Source of the DNA: Clostridiales bacterium UBA1770
GTDB taxonomy: Bacteria; Bacillota; Clostridia; Oscillospirales; CAG-272
Direction: 5' to 3'
Assembly (NCBI GenBank): GCA_002315325.1
Contig: DCGU01000054.1
Coordinates: 24,078 to 88,077 of the forward strand
Length of the DNA: 64,000 nt
Below the pieces are notes generated by a model, which had not been told where the DNA came from, ran no database searches, and saw nothing but the letters and a program-made list of their open reading frames with translations. Below, one piece after another: positions 17,832-26,751 of the stretch; the stretch's first letter is position 1, and every line of letters starts with the position of its first letter. The translations under genes and the position numbers were made by a program.

Positions 17832-18075
17832 TGAAGACACTCGCTTCGCTCGTTATTCTTTCATTAGCCTATGAAAACAATATTCGAAAGTAATTGCTTC
17901 ATTAATGAAGACACTCGCTTCGCTCGTTAATGAAGACGGTGCTGCGCACCTAATGAAGACGTGCTGCGCACTAATGAAGCGAAGTCGCCCTCGTTTCTCC
18001 CGTTCTCCCATTATCATTAGCGAAGCGTCTTCATTTCTTCATTCCTTCATTAGCCCGTAAGGGCGACTTCATTCA
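17829..18075 (-). repeat. tRNA-linked cluster of AATGAAG/CTTCATT heptamers alternating with GC mini-hairpins (cluster 1)
   Basis: 5 forward and about 6 reverse heptamers. Mini-hairpins include GGTGC-TGC-GCACC, GTGC-TGC-GCAC and GCCC-GTAA-GGGC. Exact 26-bp direct repeat at 17830-17855 and 17904-17929. Confidence 0.8.
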
Positions 18076-18116
18076 CCAAAAAAGCAGGGCAGACCTTTTG
18101 GTCTGCCCTGCTTTTT
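18074..18116 (-). terminator. Intrinsic terminator after tRNA-Leu
   Basis: Perfect stem AAAAAAGCAGGGCAGACC/GGTCTGCCCTGCTTTTTT. Confidence 0.85.
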
Positions 18117-18201
18117 TGGTGCGGGAGAGGGGACTTGAACCCCTATGGTGTTACCCACATGCACCTCAAACATGCGCGTCTGCCGGTTCCGCCACTCCCG
18201 C
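18117..18201 (-). tRNA. tRNA-Leu (anticodon GAG), CCA encoded
   Basis: Manual fold: acceptor GCGGGAG/CTCCCGC, anticodon arm CATGT-TTGAGGT-GCATG, long variable arm, T-loop GGTTCAAGTCC. Confidence 0.9.
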
Positions 18202-18211
18202 AACAAGGAAT

Positions 18212-18239
18212 ATTATACACAATTTTTCGTTTTTGTCAA
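18212..18239 (-). promoter_or_regulatory. sigma-70-type promoter for tRNA-Leu
   Basis: Minus strand reads TTGACA, 16 nt, TATAAT, about 10 nt upstream of the tRNA 5' end. Confidence 0.65.
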
Positions 18240-18248
18240 GCCGTTTTC

Positions 18249-18989
18249 TTAAAAAAGCAAGGATGCGACCGCTGCGGGAAAGGTACGGAAATCATCCACG
18301 CGAATAAAGGGGATATCCGACGTGAATACTGCCTCGTCGTTGCCGCCCTGCCCGTAATCGTCACCGACGAAAACGACCTCGTCATGGGCATAACCGTGCT
18401 CACGGCAATAACGGTCCAGTGCGTAATATTTATCATAAGGAGCGGGTGCCATATCGAAGGAAGACGAGCCGCCGACGAACACCGTATACTCGGCAAACGT
18501 GTTTTTGACGTCGTCGTAGATGGCGCGGCGGCGGGAACGGTCGGGATCAAAGGCCAGTTTATCGGCAAGGACTGCCTTCGTACCGATGATGGGGAAGGTC
18601 ACGCAGCCGGACGCGTGGAACTCCACGCTGTCGCCGGCATAGGTCAAAAAACCGTATTTTTCACGCAAAACCGTGATACGGGCGGCAACGCTGTCGCGGT
18701 CCACGGGGGCACTTTCGTCCCGTACGGGCACAAGCGTGTCGGTCACGGCATCCCAACGGCCCTCCTGCATACCGTAATTACCGATGATATCCAGGGGGAA
18801 ACGTTCCATCTGCTCGTGGATGCGGGCGACGGACCCGGCACCGACCATCAACAGACGATAACGCTGCGCCAAACGGCGCAGCGTTTCTTTGTTTTCGTCC
18901 GGCAGGTGCTGCTTATGGTTGGACAGCGTACCGTCCAGGTCAAAGGCCATCAGGCGGATTTTGCCGGCATTCTGTTCGCTAAAAATCAT
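18249..18989 (-). CDS. HAD-superfamily hydrolase (Cof/HAD-IIB-like phosphatase)
   Basis: FDLDGTL motif I and C-terminal GDDYGQGGND motif. Confidence 0.8.
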   Translation of the reverse strand: MIFSEQNAGKIRLMAFDLDGTLSNHKQHLPDENKETLRRLAQRYRLLMVGAGSVARIHEQMERFPLDIIGNYGMQEGRWDAVTDTLVPVRDESAPVDRDSVAARITVLREKYGFLTYAGDSVEFHASGCVTFPIIGTKAVLADKLAFDPDRSRRRAIYDDVKNTFAEYTVFVGGSSSFDMAPAPYDKYYALDRYCREHGYAHDEVVFVGDDYGQGGNDEAVFTSDIPFIRVDDFRTFPAAVASLLF

Positions 18990-18997
18990 TTATCCAA

Positions 18998-19579
18998 TCA
19001 GTCCTTGTGACGATAGAGCATCTTATAGGGCGTGGCGTCGTCGTTGAGCATCTGCAAAGAGTCGATGCCGAGTTCATCGATGAGCGCCTGCCAGCGTTCC
19101 TCCATACCCGTATCGTATTCCACAGGGAGGAAACCGCCGTTGACGTATCCCTTAACGGCCGGTTTACGCCAGTCGTCCGTCGTCAGTTCGATGACTTTCA
19201 CTTTGCCGGCCAAATGGGTCAGCATAATTTCCGTTAAGTACTTGGACAAACCCTTACCGCGGAAATCGGTGCGGATACCCACCATATGCATATCGCCCAT
19301 ACCGTCCTCGGCATGAACAAAGGCCGTGACCGTGCCGACGTGCTCGCCGTTATAATCAATGAAGAAAACGTCGTTGTACACGTCCAGGCCGCGGCGGCCA
19401 AACATACAGCCGTCAAAAGCACCGACGCCGGCGTCGTCACCGACCAAGCCGTTGCGGCAGCAGTCGAGCCAGCCGATTTTATCCTCTTCGCTTTTATAGT
19501 TTACAATGGAATACCCCTCGGGCAAATCGTAATGCTTAATCGGGGTACCGTCCAGCCAGTACATTTTCAATTGTGCCAT
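18998..19579 (-). CDS. GNAT family N-acetyltransferase
   Basis: FRGKGLSKYL acetyl-CoA motif. Start moved to ATG 19579 (MAQLKMY) after GGAGG. Confidence 0.75.
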   Translation of the reverse strand: MAQLKMYWLDGTPIKHYDLPEGYSIVNYKSEEDKIGWLDCCRNGLVGDDAGVGAFDGCMFGRRGLDVYNDVFFIDYNGEHVGTVTAFVHAEDGMGDMHMVGIRTDFRGKGLSKYLTEIMLTHLAGKVKVIELTTDDWRKPAVKGYVNGGFLPVEYDTGMEERWQALIDELGIDSLQMLNDDATPYKMLYRHKD

Positions 19580-19683
19580 AATAACCTCCATGCCGCCAAT
19601 GCGGCAGTTATACAATAGTATCGTTTCCCGGTTCAACGGGAACCGTCAACCGTTAATCGTCAATCATTCCATTTTAAAAAAAC

Positions 19684-20514
19684 TTATTCGGCCAAACGGC
19701 TCTCGCCCGTGGCGTAATCCAACACGATACCGGGCTGCACGTTGTAGCAGAAAACGTTGAAGCAGATGCCCTCGCCGTTGTCCTCAATGGACCAGCCCTC
19801 CATCTGCACGCCGCTTGCCAGCAGGTTATCCCCCTCGAAAATGGGCGTCACACGGTAGGCGACGTGGTTGCCGGTTTCCTTGACGTAGTCGGCTACCATA
19901 TTTTCAAAGGTCAGCATACCGCCCTCGATTTTGCCGTCGTCCGGGTCGGAATCCCCTGTGACGTTGAGATAGCGGGTACCGGTAATCAAATTCAGTTCAT
20001 TATCCGCCTCGGCCGTGAGCTGCCAGCCAATGAGATGACAGCGGTTATACAACCAGCCGCCGTCGACAAGGGACGTGTCATACTTCACGTTAATCCAGCC
20101 GGACGGTTTTGTTTTCAAGGTAAAATCGCGCTTTTCCGTCGGCATGGTTTCACGGCAAACGGCAGCGTAGGCGGCCGTACAGCGGCCGAGACTGTCCAGT
20201 TCCCCGTAATGCTCCAGGTCAAACGCTTCGTAATACGCGACGGTTTTTTCCTCGTCGGTAAATGCGGGTATATTATCATTCAGGACGACACAGGCATAGC
20301 CGCTGAAGGCGGGAATATTGCCGATATCGACCGATTGCTGTTCCGTACCCTGTTCCTGTCCCTGTTCGTTGGCGCCGAAATCGAACGGCAGTTCCACCAA
20401 ACCCATTTGGTTCAGGACAAATAATACTACCAAAATGAGGACAGCGGCAAGTATCGAACCGACGGAACCCTTTTTAGACGATTTTCTGCGATAAGACGAT
20501 TTTCCTCTGCTCAT
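19684..20514 (-). CDS. Membrane-anchored DNA/RNA non-specific endonuclease (EndA/DNA-entry-nuclease-like)
   Basis: Basic N-terminus plus a TM helix. NRCHLIGWQL and ITGTRYLN core resembles Endonuclease_NS_2. ATG 20514 lies 10 nt after GGGAGG. Confidence 0.75.
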   Translation of the reverse strand: MSRGKSSYRRKSSKKGSVGSILAAVLILVVLFVLNQMGLVELPFDFGANEQGQEQGTEQQSVDIGNIPAFSGYACVVLNDNIPAFTDEEKTVAYYEAFDLEHYGELDSLGRCTAAYAAVCRETMPTEKRDFTLKTKPSGWINVKYDTSLVDGGWLYNRCHLIGWQLTAEADNELNLITGTRYLNVTGDSDPDDGKIEGGMLTFENMVADYVKETGNHVAYRVTPIFEGDNLLASGVQMEGWSIEDNGEGICFNVFCYNVQPGIVLDYATGESRLAE

Positions 20515-20927
20515 AACGCATAAACCTCCCACGTAATTTTATCGTGCGACGTGCCGGGAAAGTTTTCCTTTGACACGGGCTTTTTCCCCTGCAGTTCGTC
20601 ATCCGGGAATCGCGTATCGGACGGATAGGCGCGGTTCCACAAAACGACGTGCAATTGTTCGACGTTTTCCCACGGAATCAGGGACGGGTGCCCTTCAAAG
20701 AAGCACCACTCTCCCCTGCCCGCTTTTGTCACGGGCGCTTCATCCGTGCGAACGTCCGCAGGATTATGTTGTACGGCGGCAAACAGTGCCGCCGCAGACG
20801 CCGTCATCCACACGGGTGCCCCCTGTGCCAGCGTCAGCAGTTTTTCATACACGGCGCTGTCGCGGCTTTGCCGCCGCTTGTTGAACAGCATACCGCCGTT
20901 TTTATCGAGACATACGACAAGATTCAT
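20511..20927 (-). CDS. Hypothetical protein; N-terminus resembles the DHFR/RibD-C-like fold (uncertain)
   Basis: MNLVVCLDKNGGMLFNKRRQSRD. Both ends overlap the neighbouring genes. No firm family assignment is possible from sequence alone. Confidence 0.35.
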   Translation of the reverse strand: MNLVVCLDKNGGMLFNKRRQSRDSAVYEKLLTLAQGAPVWMTASAAALFAAVQHNPADVRTDEAPVTKAGRGEWCFFEGHPSLIPWENVEQLHVVLWNRAYPSDTRFPDDELQGKKPVSKENFPGTSHDKITWEVYAL

Positions 20928-21913
20928 TACGCATTTGCCTCCTGTGTCAGAATTTGCAGAATGCGCTGCATATTATCCGGCATCGGCGCCGTAAAATGCA
21001 TTTGTTCCCCCGTGCGCGGGTGGGTAAACGTCAGTTCCCCGGCGTGCAGGCATTGTCCGACAAATAATGATTTGTGGGCAGCCTGGAAGGGTGTCCCGTC
21101 GCCGCCATACAAAGGATCGCCCAGCAGCGGGTGGCCCAGATGCGCCATATGCACGCGAATTTGGTGCGTACGGCCCGTTTCCAATTGGCAGCGCAAATAC
21201 GTATACCGCCCCAAGTGGGCCAACACCGTATAATGTGTGACAGCCTCGCGCGCCGTTTTGTCCGATGCGGGCAATACGGCCATTTGCTGCCGTTTGACGG
21301 GATGGCGTCCGATGGGCGCGTTGACCGTGCCGGCCTCGTCGCGAAAATTGCCGACGGCAACGGCCGCATAGATGCGGTCGATATGATGCCCCTTGAGCTG
21401 CGCCGAAAGACCTGCGTGTGCGTCGTCATTCTTGGCGACGACCAAAAGGCCGCTCGTATCCTTATCGATACGGTGCACGATGCCGGGACGAATGACGCCG
21501 CCGACGCAAAGCGACGCAGAACCGGACAGTTCCCCGCGGCAATGATACAACAGGGCGTTGACCAGCGTGCCGGTTTCGTTGCCGGGCGCGGGGTGCACCA
21601 CCATGCCGACGGGTTTGTTGACGACGAGCAGGTCGCCGTCCTCATAAACGACGTCAAGCGGGATATTCTCCGGCAATGCCGCACAGGAAACGGGTTCCGG
21701 TAAAACGACGGTCACCTCGTCGCCGATATTCATTTTCAGGCTTTTGGCGGCTGCTTTTCGGTTACACAGTACACGACCGCTCTCCACCAGCTTGACGGCT
21801 GCAGAACGGCTCATATCGGTCTCGGCCGCCAAAAAGGCGTCCAGCCGCATACCGACGAGCGTCACCCCGTCAGCGTTCTGTTCCTCCACCGTCAGGTGCA
21901 GCGTTTTCTCCAT
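20927..21913 (-). CDS. rluD: RluA-family 23S rRNA pseudouridine synthase (RluD-like)
   Basis: S4 domain plus the catalytic HRIDKDTSGLL motif. Confidence 0.9.
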   Translation of the reverse strand: MEKTLHLTVEEQNADGVTLVGMRLDAFLAAETDMSRSAAVKLVESGRVLCNRKAAAKSLKMNIGDEVTVVLPEPVSCAALPENIPLDVVYEDGDLLVVNKPVGMVVHPAPGNETGTLVNALLYHCRGELSGSASLCVGGVIRPGIVHRIDKDTSGLLVVAKNDDAHAGLSAQLKGHHIDRIYAAVAVGNFRDEAGTVNAPIGRHPVKRQQMAVLPASDKTAREAVTHYTVLAHLGRYTYLRCQLETGRTHQIRVHMAHLGHPLLGDPLYGGDGTPFQAAHKSLFVGQCLHAGELTFTHPRTGEQMHFTAPMPDNMQRILQILTQEANA

Positions 21914-21991
21914 GTGAATCCCCCATGCCGCCTCGGCGGCACATAAAAATTAAGCTTCATTCAGCACGTGAACGAGCAGATACGTTGTCCG

Positions 21992-22510
21992 TTACTTCAC
22001 GCGTGATTCTTTTACGATATCCAAAATCAAATACAAAAACAAAATACCGGTTCCCACGACGACGGCGGCGTCGGCCACGTTAAAAATCCAGCGCCACAGG
22101 TTGGGAAAGGCGCAAAAATCCAAAAAGTCCACAACGGTACCGTCCCCGAACTTGTCGCCGTAAAACAAACGGTCCACCATATTGGAAATACCGCCGCCCG
22201 TAATCAGGGGGAGCGACACACCCAGCAGTATGGATTTCCCGCGCAGGCGCCACATAGCGACAAACGCGATGACAATCACCACGGTGGAAACGACAAGGAA
22301 GACCCAGCGTGCATTTTTCAACATACCAAAAGCGGCGCCCGGATTACGAATGTAAGTCAGGCGCAGCACTCCGGGAATCAGGTCAACGGATTCATCAATC
22401 GCCATGCGCGCCATTACGGCGCGCTTGGCGATCTGATCCAAAGCAATCACGGCGGCGATGATGGCCGCGCAGAGAATGCCCCAACGAGTTTCTTTTTTCA
22501 ATTGTTTCAT
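21992..22510 (-). CDS. lspA: Lipoprotein signal peptidase (signal peptidase II)
   Basis: IRNPGAAFG motif and a multi-TM profile. Start moved to ATG 22510 (MKQLKKE), just downstream of the ileS stop. Confidence 0.9.
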   Translation of the reverse strand: MKQLKKETRWGILCAAIIAAVIALDQIAKRAVMARMAIDESVDLIPGVLRLTYIRNPGAAFGMLKNARWVFLVVSTVVIVIAFVAMWRLRGKSILLGVSLPLITGGGISNMVDRLFYGDKFGDGTVVDFLDFCAFPNLWRWIFNVADAAVVVGTGILFLYLILDIVKESRVK

Positions 22511-22514
22511 TTTA

Positions 22515-25313
22515 TCACAGCGAAGCGATGACGGCAGCGCAGCGGTCGCAAAGGAAACCATCCTCTGCCTTTTGTCCTTTTTCCGCATACATCCAGCAGC
22601 GGTCGCACTTGCAGCCGTCGGCGGCTTCTACGACAACGGCCATACCGGACTCGGTCTCGGTGTAGGCACCCTCGGGCGCCTTGCCCTTTTCCAGTTTCAC
22701 ACCGGATACGATGTAAACGGTGGTCAATTCCTTGGCAAAACCGTTCAAGAGGTCATACTGGGCGTCGTCGGCAGCGTAAATCGTCACCTTGGCGTCCAGA
22801 GACTTACCGATTTTCTTATCGGCGCGCGCCTGCTCCAGCGCCTTCATCACGTCGTCACGCAGGGCAAGCTGTTTGTCCCAATGTGCCGTCAATTCGGGTG
22901 CTGCCGTTTTTTCGTCGTAGGCGGGCAGGTCGTTTAAGAAGACGCTTTCCGTCACGTCGGTGGAAACGTGCGGCATTGCCTGCCAAATTTCCTCGGCCGT
23001 GAAGGACAGCAGCGGTGCAATCAAACGGGTCAGCGAAGACAGCACGTCGTACATGGCGGTCTGTGCGCTGCGGCGGGCAAAGCTGTCGGCCTTTTCGGTG
23101 TAAAGACGGTCCTTGGTAATATCCACGTACAGTTTGGACAAATCGGTCACGCAGAAGTTGCTGACAGCGTGATAAACGGTGTGGAATTCAAAGGCGTCGT
23201 ACCCCTCGCGGGCAGTCTTTACCAGGTTATTCATACCGGCCTCAATCCAACGGTCGATTTCAATCATATCGGACAGCGGCACACGGTCGGTCTCGGGATT
23301 GAAGTCGTACAGGTCGGCCAACAGGATGCGGGCGGTGTTACGAATCTTACGGTAAGCATCGGATAACTGGGCAAAAATCGGGTCGGAAACGCGGACGTCG
23401 ACGTGGTAATCGCAGGAAGCAACCCACAGACGAACGATATCGGCGCCGTATTTGTTAATCATATCGGCGGGAGCGATAACGTTACCGAGGGACTTATGCA
23501 TGGCCTTGCCTTCCCCGTCAACCGTCCAACCGTGGGTCAGAACAGCGCGGAAAGGTGCGCGGCCGCCGTTGGCACCGATGGCGGTCAGGAGAGAAGACTG
23601 GAACCAGCCGCGGTACTGATCGGCACCCTCCAGATACATATCGGCGGGCCAGGTCAGTTCGTCGCGCTGTTCGCAAACGGCGAAGTGGCTGGAACCGGAG
23701 TCAAACCAACCGTCCAGAGTATCGTTTTCTTTGGTGAACTTTTTGCCGCCGCAGTGCGGGCAAACGGTACCGGCGGGCACCATATCGTTGGCGTCCATTT
23801 CATACCAGCAGTTGGAGCCGTGTGCGGCAAACAAATCGGATACGGCGTTAATGGTGGCGTCATTGCAAACGGGCTTACCGCAATCTGCGCAATAGAATAC
23901 GGGAATGGGCAGACCCCAGTGACGCTGACGGGAAATACACCAGTCGTTGCGTTCGCGCACCATCTGGCAGATACGCTCTTCACCCCAGTCGGGCAGCCAG
24001 GTTACGTCCTCGCAGGCGCGGCAGGCATCGTCCTTGAACGCCTCGACGGAGCAGAACCACTGCGGCGTAGCACGGAAGATAATCGGGTTCTTGCAGCGCC
24101 AGCAGTGCGGATACTCGTGCTCGATTTTCTCGGAAGCGTACAAAGCGCCGGATTCGCGGAGATCGGCCAAAATCGGCTCGTTGGAGTCGGCATAGAACAT
24201 ACCGGCAAACTTACCGGCGTCGGCCGTCTGGTAACCGCGGTCATCCACGGGAACGATAATCTCAATGTTGTAATTTTGGCAGGTACGGAAGTCGTCGGCG
24301 CCGAAACCGGGAGCGGTATGTACGCAGCCGGTACCGCTGTCCATGGTGACGTAGTCGGCATTGACCAGAATGGACTCACGGTCCAGGAAAGGATGCTGTG
24401 CCTTCATAAACTCGAAGGACTTACCGGGCATCGTCTTGATGACCTCATACTCTTCGACACCGCCGGCACGCATGGTCTTTTCCAAGAGAGCGGCAGCAAC
24501 GATATAGGTTTCGCCGGATGCGGTGCGAACGGCAACGTAGTCCTCCACGGGGTTGAGGGCGATGGCAAGGTTGCCGGGCAGCGTCCAGGTCGTAGTGGTC
24601 CAAATGATAAAATAGGTCTTATTCAGGTCGCAGACGTCGGACAAAAGGCCCTTATCGTCGGTGACACGGAATTTGACGTAGATAGAGGTGCAGGCGTCGG
24701 TCTGGTACTCGATCTCGGCCTCGGCCAGGGCGGTTTCGTCCTTGGGGCACCAATATACGGGCTTCATACCTTTGTAGATATAGCCCTTTTTGTAGATTTC
24801 ACCGAAGACCTTAACCTCACGTGCCTCGAACTTGGGGTCCATGGTCAGGTAAGGATGTTCCCAGTCGCCGTTTACACCCAAACGGATGAACTGGTCGCGC
24901 TGACGGTCAACGTAGCTCTGCGCATACTCGTGGCAGCGCGTACGGAATTCGGGGATGGACATTTTTTTGCGGTCCAGCTTATTTTCCTTAATGATGGCGG
25001 ACTCAATCGGCATACCGTGGTTATCCCAACCGGGAACGTAGGGGGCACGGAAACCCGTCATGGACTTATACTTCACGATAAAGTCCTTCAGGATTTTGTT
25101 GAGCGCGTGGCCCATATGGATGTTACCGTTGGAGAAAGGAGGGCCGTCGTGCAGCACGTAGGTGGGTTTGCCGGCAGCGTGCTCCTGCATTTTGTCGTAC
25201 AGGGAGATCTTCTTCCAGTAATCGACAGTGAGCGGTTCACGGGTAGGCAGGCCTGCCCGCATGGGGAACTCTGTCTTAGGCAGGTTCAGCGTATTCGAGT
25301 AATCTTTGGACAT
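22515..25313 (-). CDS. ileS: Isoleucine--tRNA ligase
   Basis: HIGH variant NIHMGHALNK, KMSKS variant KAMHKSLGN, C-terminal zinc CxxC pairs. GGAGG RBS. Confidence 0.97.
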   Translation of the reverse strand: MSKDYSNTLNLPKTEFPMRAGLPTREPLTVDYWKKISLYDKMQEHAAGKPTYVLHDGPPFSNGNIHMGHALNKILKDFIVKYKSMTGFRAPYVPGWDNHGMPIESAIIKENKLDRKKMSIPEFRTRCHEYAQSYVDRQRDQFIRLGVNGDWEHPYLTMDPKFEAREVKVFGEIYKKGYIYKGMKPVYWCPKDETALAEAEIEYQTDACTSIYVKFRVTDDKGLLSDVCDLNKTYFIIWTTTTWTLPGNLAIALNPVEDYVAVRTASGETYIVAAALLEKTMRAGGVEEYEVIKTMPGKSFEFMKAQHPFLDRESILVNADYVTMDSGTGCVHTAPGFGADDFRTCQNYNIEIIVPVDDRGYQTADAGKFAGMFYADSNEPILADLRESGALYASEKIEHEYPHCWRCKNPIIFRATPQWFCSVEAFKDDACRACEDVTWLPDWGEERICQMVRERNDWCISRQRHWGLPIPVFYCADCGKPVCNDATINAVSDLFAAHGSNCWYEMDANDMVPAGTVCPHCGGKKFTKENDTLDGWFDSGSSHFAVCEQRDELTWPADMYLEGADQYRGWFQSSLLTAIGANGGRAPFRAVLTHGWTVDGEGKAMHKSLGNVIAPADMINKYGADIVRLWVASCDYHVDVRVSDPIFAQLSDAYRKIRNTARILLADLYDFNPETDRVPLSDMIEIDRWIEAGMNNLVKTAREGYDAFEFHTVYHAVSNFCVTDLSKLYVDITKDRLYTEKADSFARRSAQTAMYDVLSSLTRLIAPLLSFTAEEIWQAMPHVSTDVTESVFLNDLPAYDEKTAAPELTAHWDKQLALRDDVMKALEQARADKKIGKSLDAKVTIYAADDAQYDLLNGFAKELTTVYIVSGVKLEKGKAPEGAYTETESGMAVVVEAADGCKCDRCWMYAEKGQKAEDGFLCDRCAAVIASL

Positions 25314-25374
25314 AATAACCTCCAGAATATATTACAAAACAATAAACAATGAAATGCGGTCGGCGCCATACGCG

Positions 25375-26256
25375 TTAATCGTACTTTTGCGCGCGCAGGC
25401 GCAGGCGGCCGCGGCGATTGGGATCGCCGATTTCCAGGACCTTATATTTACCGGGGCCGTGTGCCCCTTTTTCACGGGCCAGTACTCCGCCGCCGTGTAC
25501 CGTAATCGTACAGGGAACGGGGATGGTCAAATCGTTATCCGTCACGGTTTGGTAGTTGACCTCTACCCTGCCCGCCGAAACGGCCTTTTGCGCAACGTCG
25601 CGGCTGAAGCCGCAAAGCGCTGCCGTCACACAGTCAAGGCGCGGTGAAGCAACGGTATCCGCAATATCGATAAAATGCCGTATCGGCTGATAATTCGCGT
25701 CGTAGGGCAGCATAACCGTACGGACGGTATCACTGCCGGCCTGCGTCAAATTGTCGCAAATAAACCCGGCAATGCGGGCGGAACAAAACAGCACGGCCGT
25801 TTGCGTATCTTCCATCAACAGGTCACCCAGCGCATCACGCTCGAGTCCCAGGCCCAATACGGCGCCGAGCACGTCGCGGTGGGACAATTCCCTGTATCCG
25901 CTGCCGGTGATTTTCAGCATCGTAATACCGACGTCCTCGTCCTGTGCAAGCGCTGCACAAAGATCGGCGTCGCCGTCGGCAACACGCTCGAGATAATCGG
26001 GCAGGCAATACAGCCGCACCCGTTCTGCCTCGGCATACCCGCCGAACAGTATCCACGTCGATTCACCGGCACCCAGGCGATGCAGTTCCGCGGTGACAGC
26101 GGGCACCTCGCCCGGTGTCAAAAAAGAACCGGCCGCGATGCGGCCGCGGCCGGATGCTTTCAGCAAATCGGATACGCGTTCCGCCACCGAATGCCTGTCA
26201 CGGCTGACGTCGTTAACGGCAGCCACGGCATGCCTCCACGTGCGGAGCGTAATCAA
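25375..26256 (-). CDS. ylmH: YlmH-like RNA-binding S4-domain protein
   Basis: Position (after sepF, before ileS) and a C-terminal S4-like region. The true start may be GTG 26226, which follows GGAGG. Confidence 0.7.
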   Translation of the reverse strand: MITLRTWRHAVAAVNDVSRDRHSVAERVSDLLKASGRGRIAAGSFLTPGEVPAVTAELHRLGAGESTWILFGGYAEAERVRLYCLPDYLERVADGDADLCAALAQDEDVGITMLKITGSGYRELSHRDVLGAVLGLGLERDALGDLLMEDTQTAVLFCSARIAGFICDNLTQAGSDTVRTVMLPYDANYQPIRHFIDIADTVASPRLDCVTAALCGFSRDVAQKAVSAGRVEVNYQTVTDNDLTIPVPCTITVHGGGVLAREKGAHGPGKYKVLEIGDPNRRGRLRLRAQKYD

Positions 26257-26273
26257 TCCTGCTCATCGTTCAA

Positions 26274-26696
26274 TCAGTTCTTTTGTTTGTCACCGGCCAT
26301 CAGTTCGCCGATGTCAACACCGTTGGGGGCAACGATAAACGTGCCGTTATTCATGCGTTCCAACTTACCGCCCAATACGTGAACCACACCGGCCAGGAAA
26401 TCAATCAGGCGCATGGATGAATCGGAAGGCAGTTCACTGATATCCAGCACGACGATACATTTTTTCATCACCTCGTCGGCGATATCGATGGCTTCTTTAT
26501 GGCTCTTCGGGCTGAAGAGCTTCAGGTTAACGGAGGAACCTTTTCCCGTAGAATACGTGGGATACACTGTCGGTTGTGACGCCGGCACGTCGTCGGGATC
26601 GTTCAGCGCCGGCAATTCGTCACTGCCGTAGTCTATCGTTTCCTGGTCGTCCATCGGCTGGGGTTTCCCGAATTTTTTAAGTAAAGACATAGTCAT
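26274..26696 (-). CDS. sepF: Cell division protein SepF
   Basis: C-terminal SepF domain (IVVLDISELPSDSSMRLIDFLAGVVHVLGG). The start may be the ATG at 26690. Confidence 0.88.
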   Translation of the reverse strand: MTMSLLKKFGKPQPMDDQETIDYGSDELPALNDPDDVPASQPTVYPTYSTGKGSSVNLKLFSPKSHKEAIDIADEVMKKCIVVLDISELPSDSSMRLIDFLAGVVHVLGGKLERMNNGTFIVAPNGVDIGELMAGDKQKN

Positions 26697-26751
26697 TGTC
26701 CTCCGTCACGTCATTTCGTCCGTGCCGCCGTTCCGTTTCCCGCCAATACCG

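Noticed and set aside
17829-18075. CRISPR array
   Set aside because: The repeat is only 7-10 nt and occurs in both orientations. The spacers are 11-15 nt and are themselves palindromic. No cas genes are present. The same reasoning applies to 31141-31316 and to the 9-bp DTP coding repeat at 50886-50966.
17421-18239. Integrated prophage or genomic island at tRNA-Leu, and likewise at tRNA-Arg (31021-31320)
   Set aside because: No integrase, excisionase or phage genes are present, and there is no direct repeat of the tRNA 3' end. Only a single small AT-rich gene and the repeat arrays lie here.
23403-25352. 649-aa plus-strand ORF
   Set aside because: It is entirely antisense to ileS, whose identity is unambiguous (HIGH/KMSKS motifs). 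The translation is low-complexity and G/V/A-rich with no motif or RBS. Long stop-free antisense frames are expected in GC-rich, GC3-biased genes.
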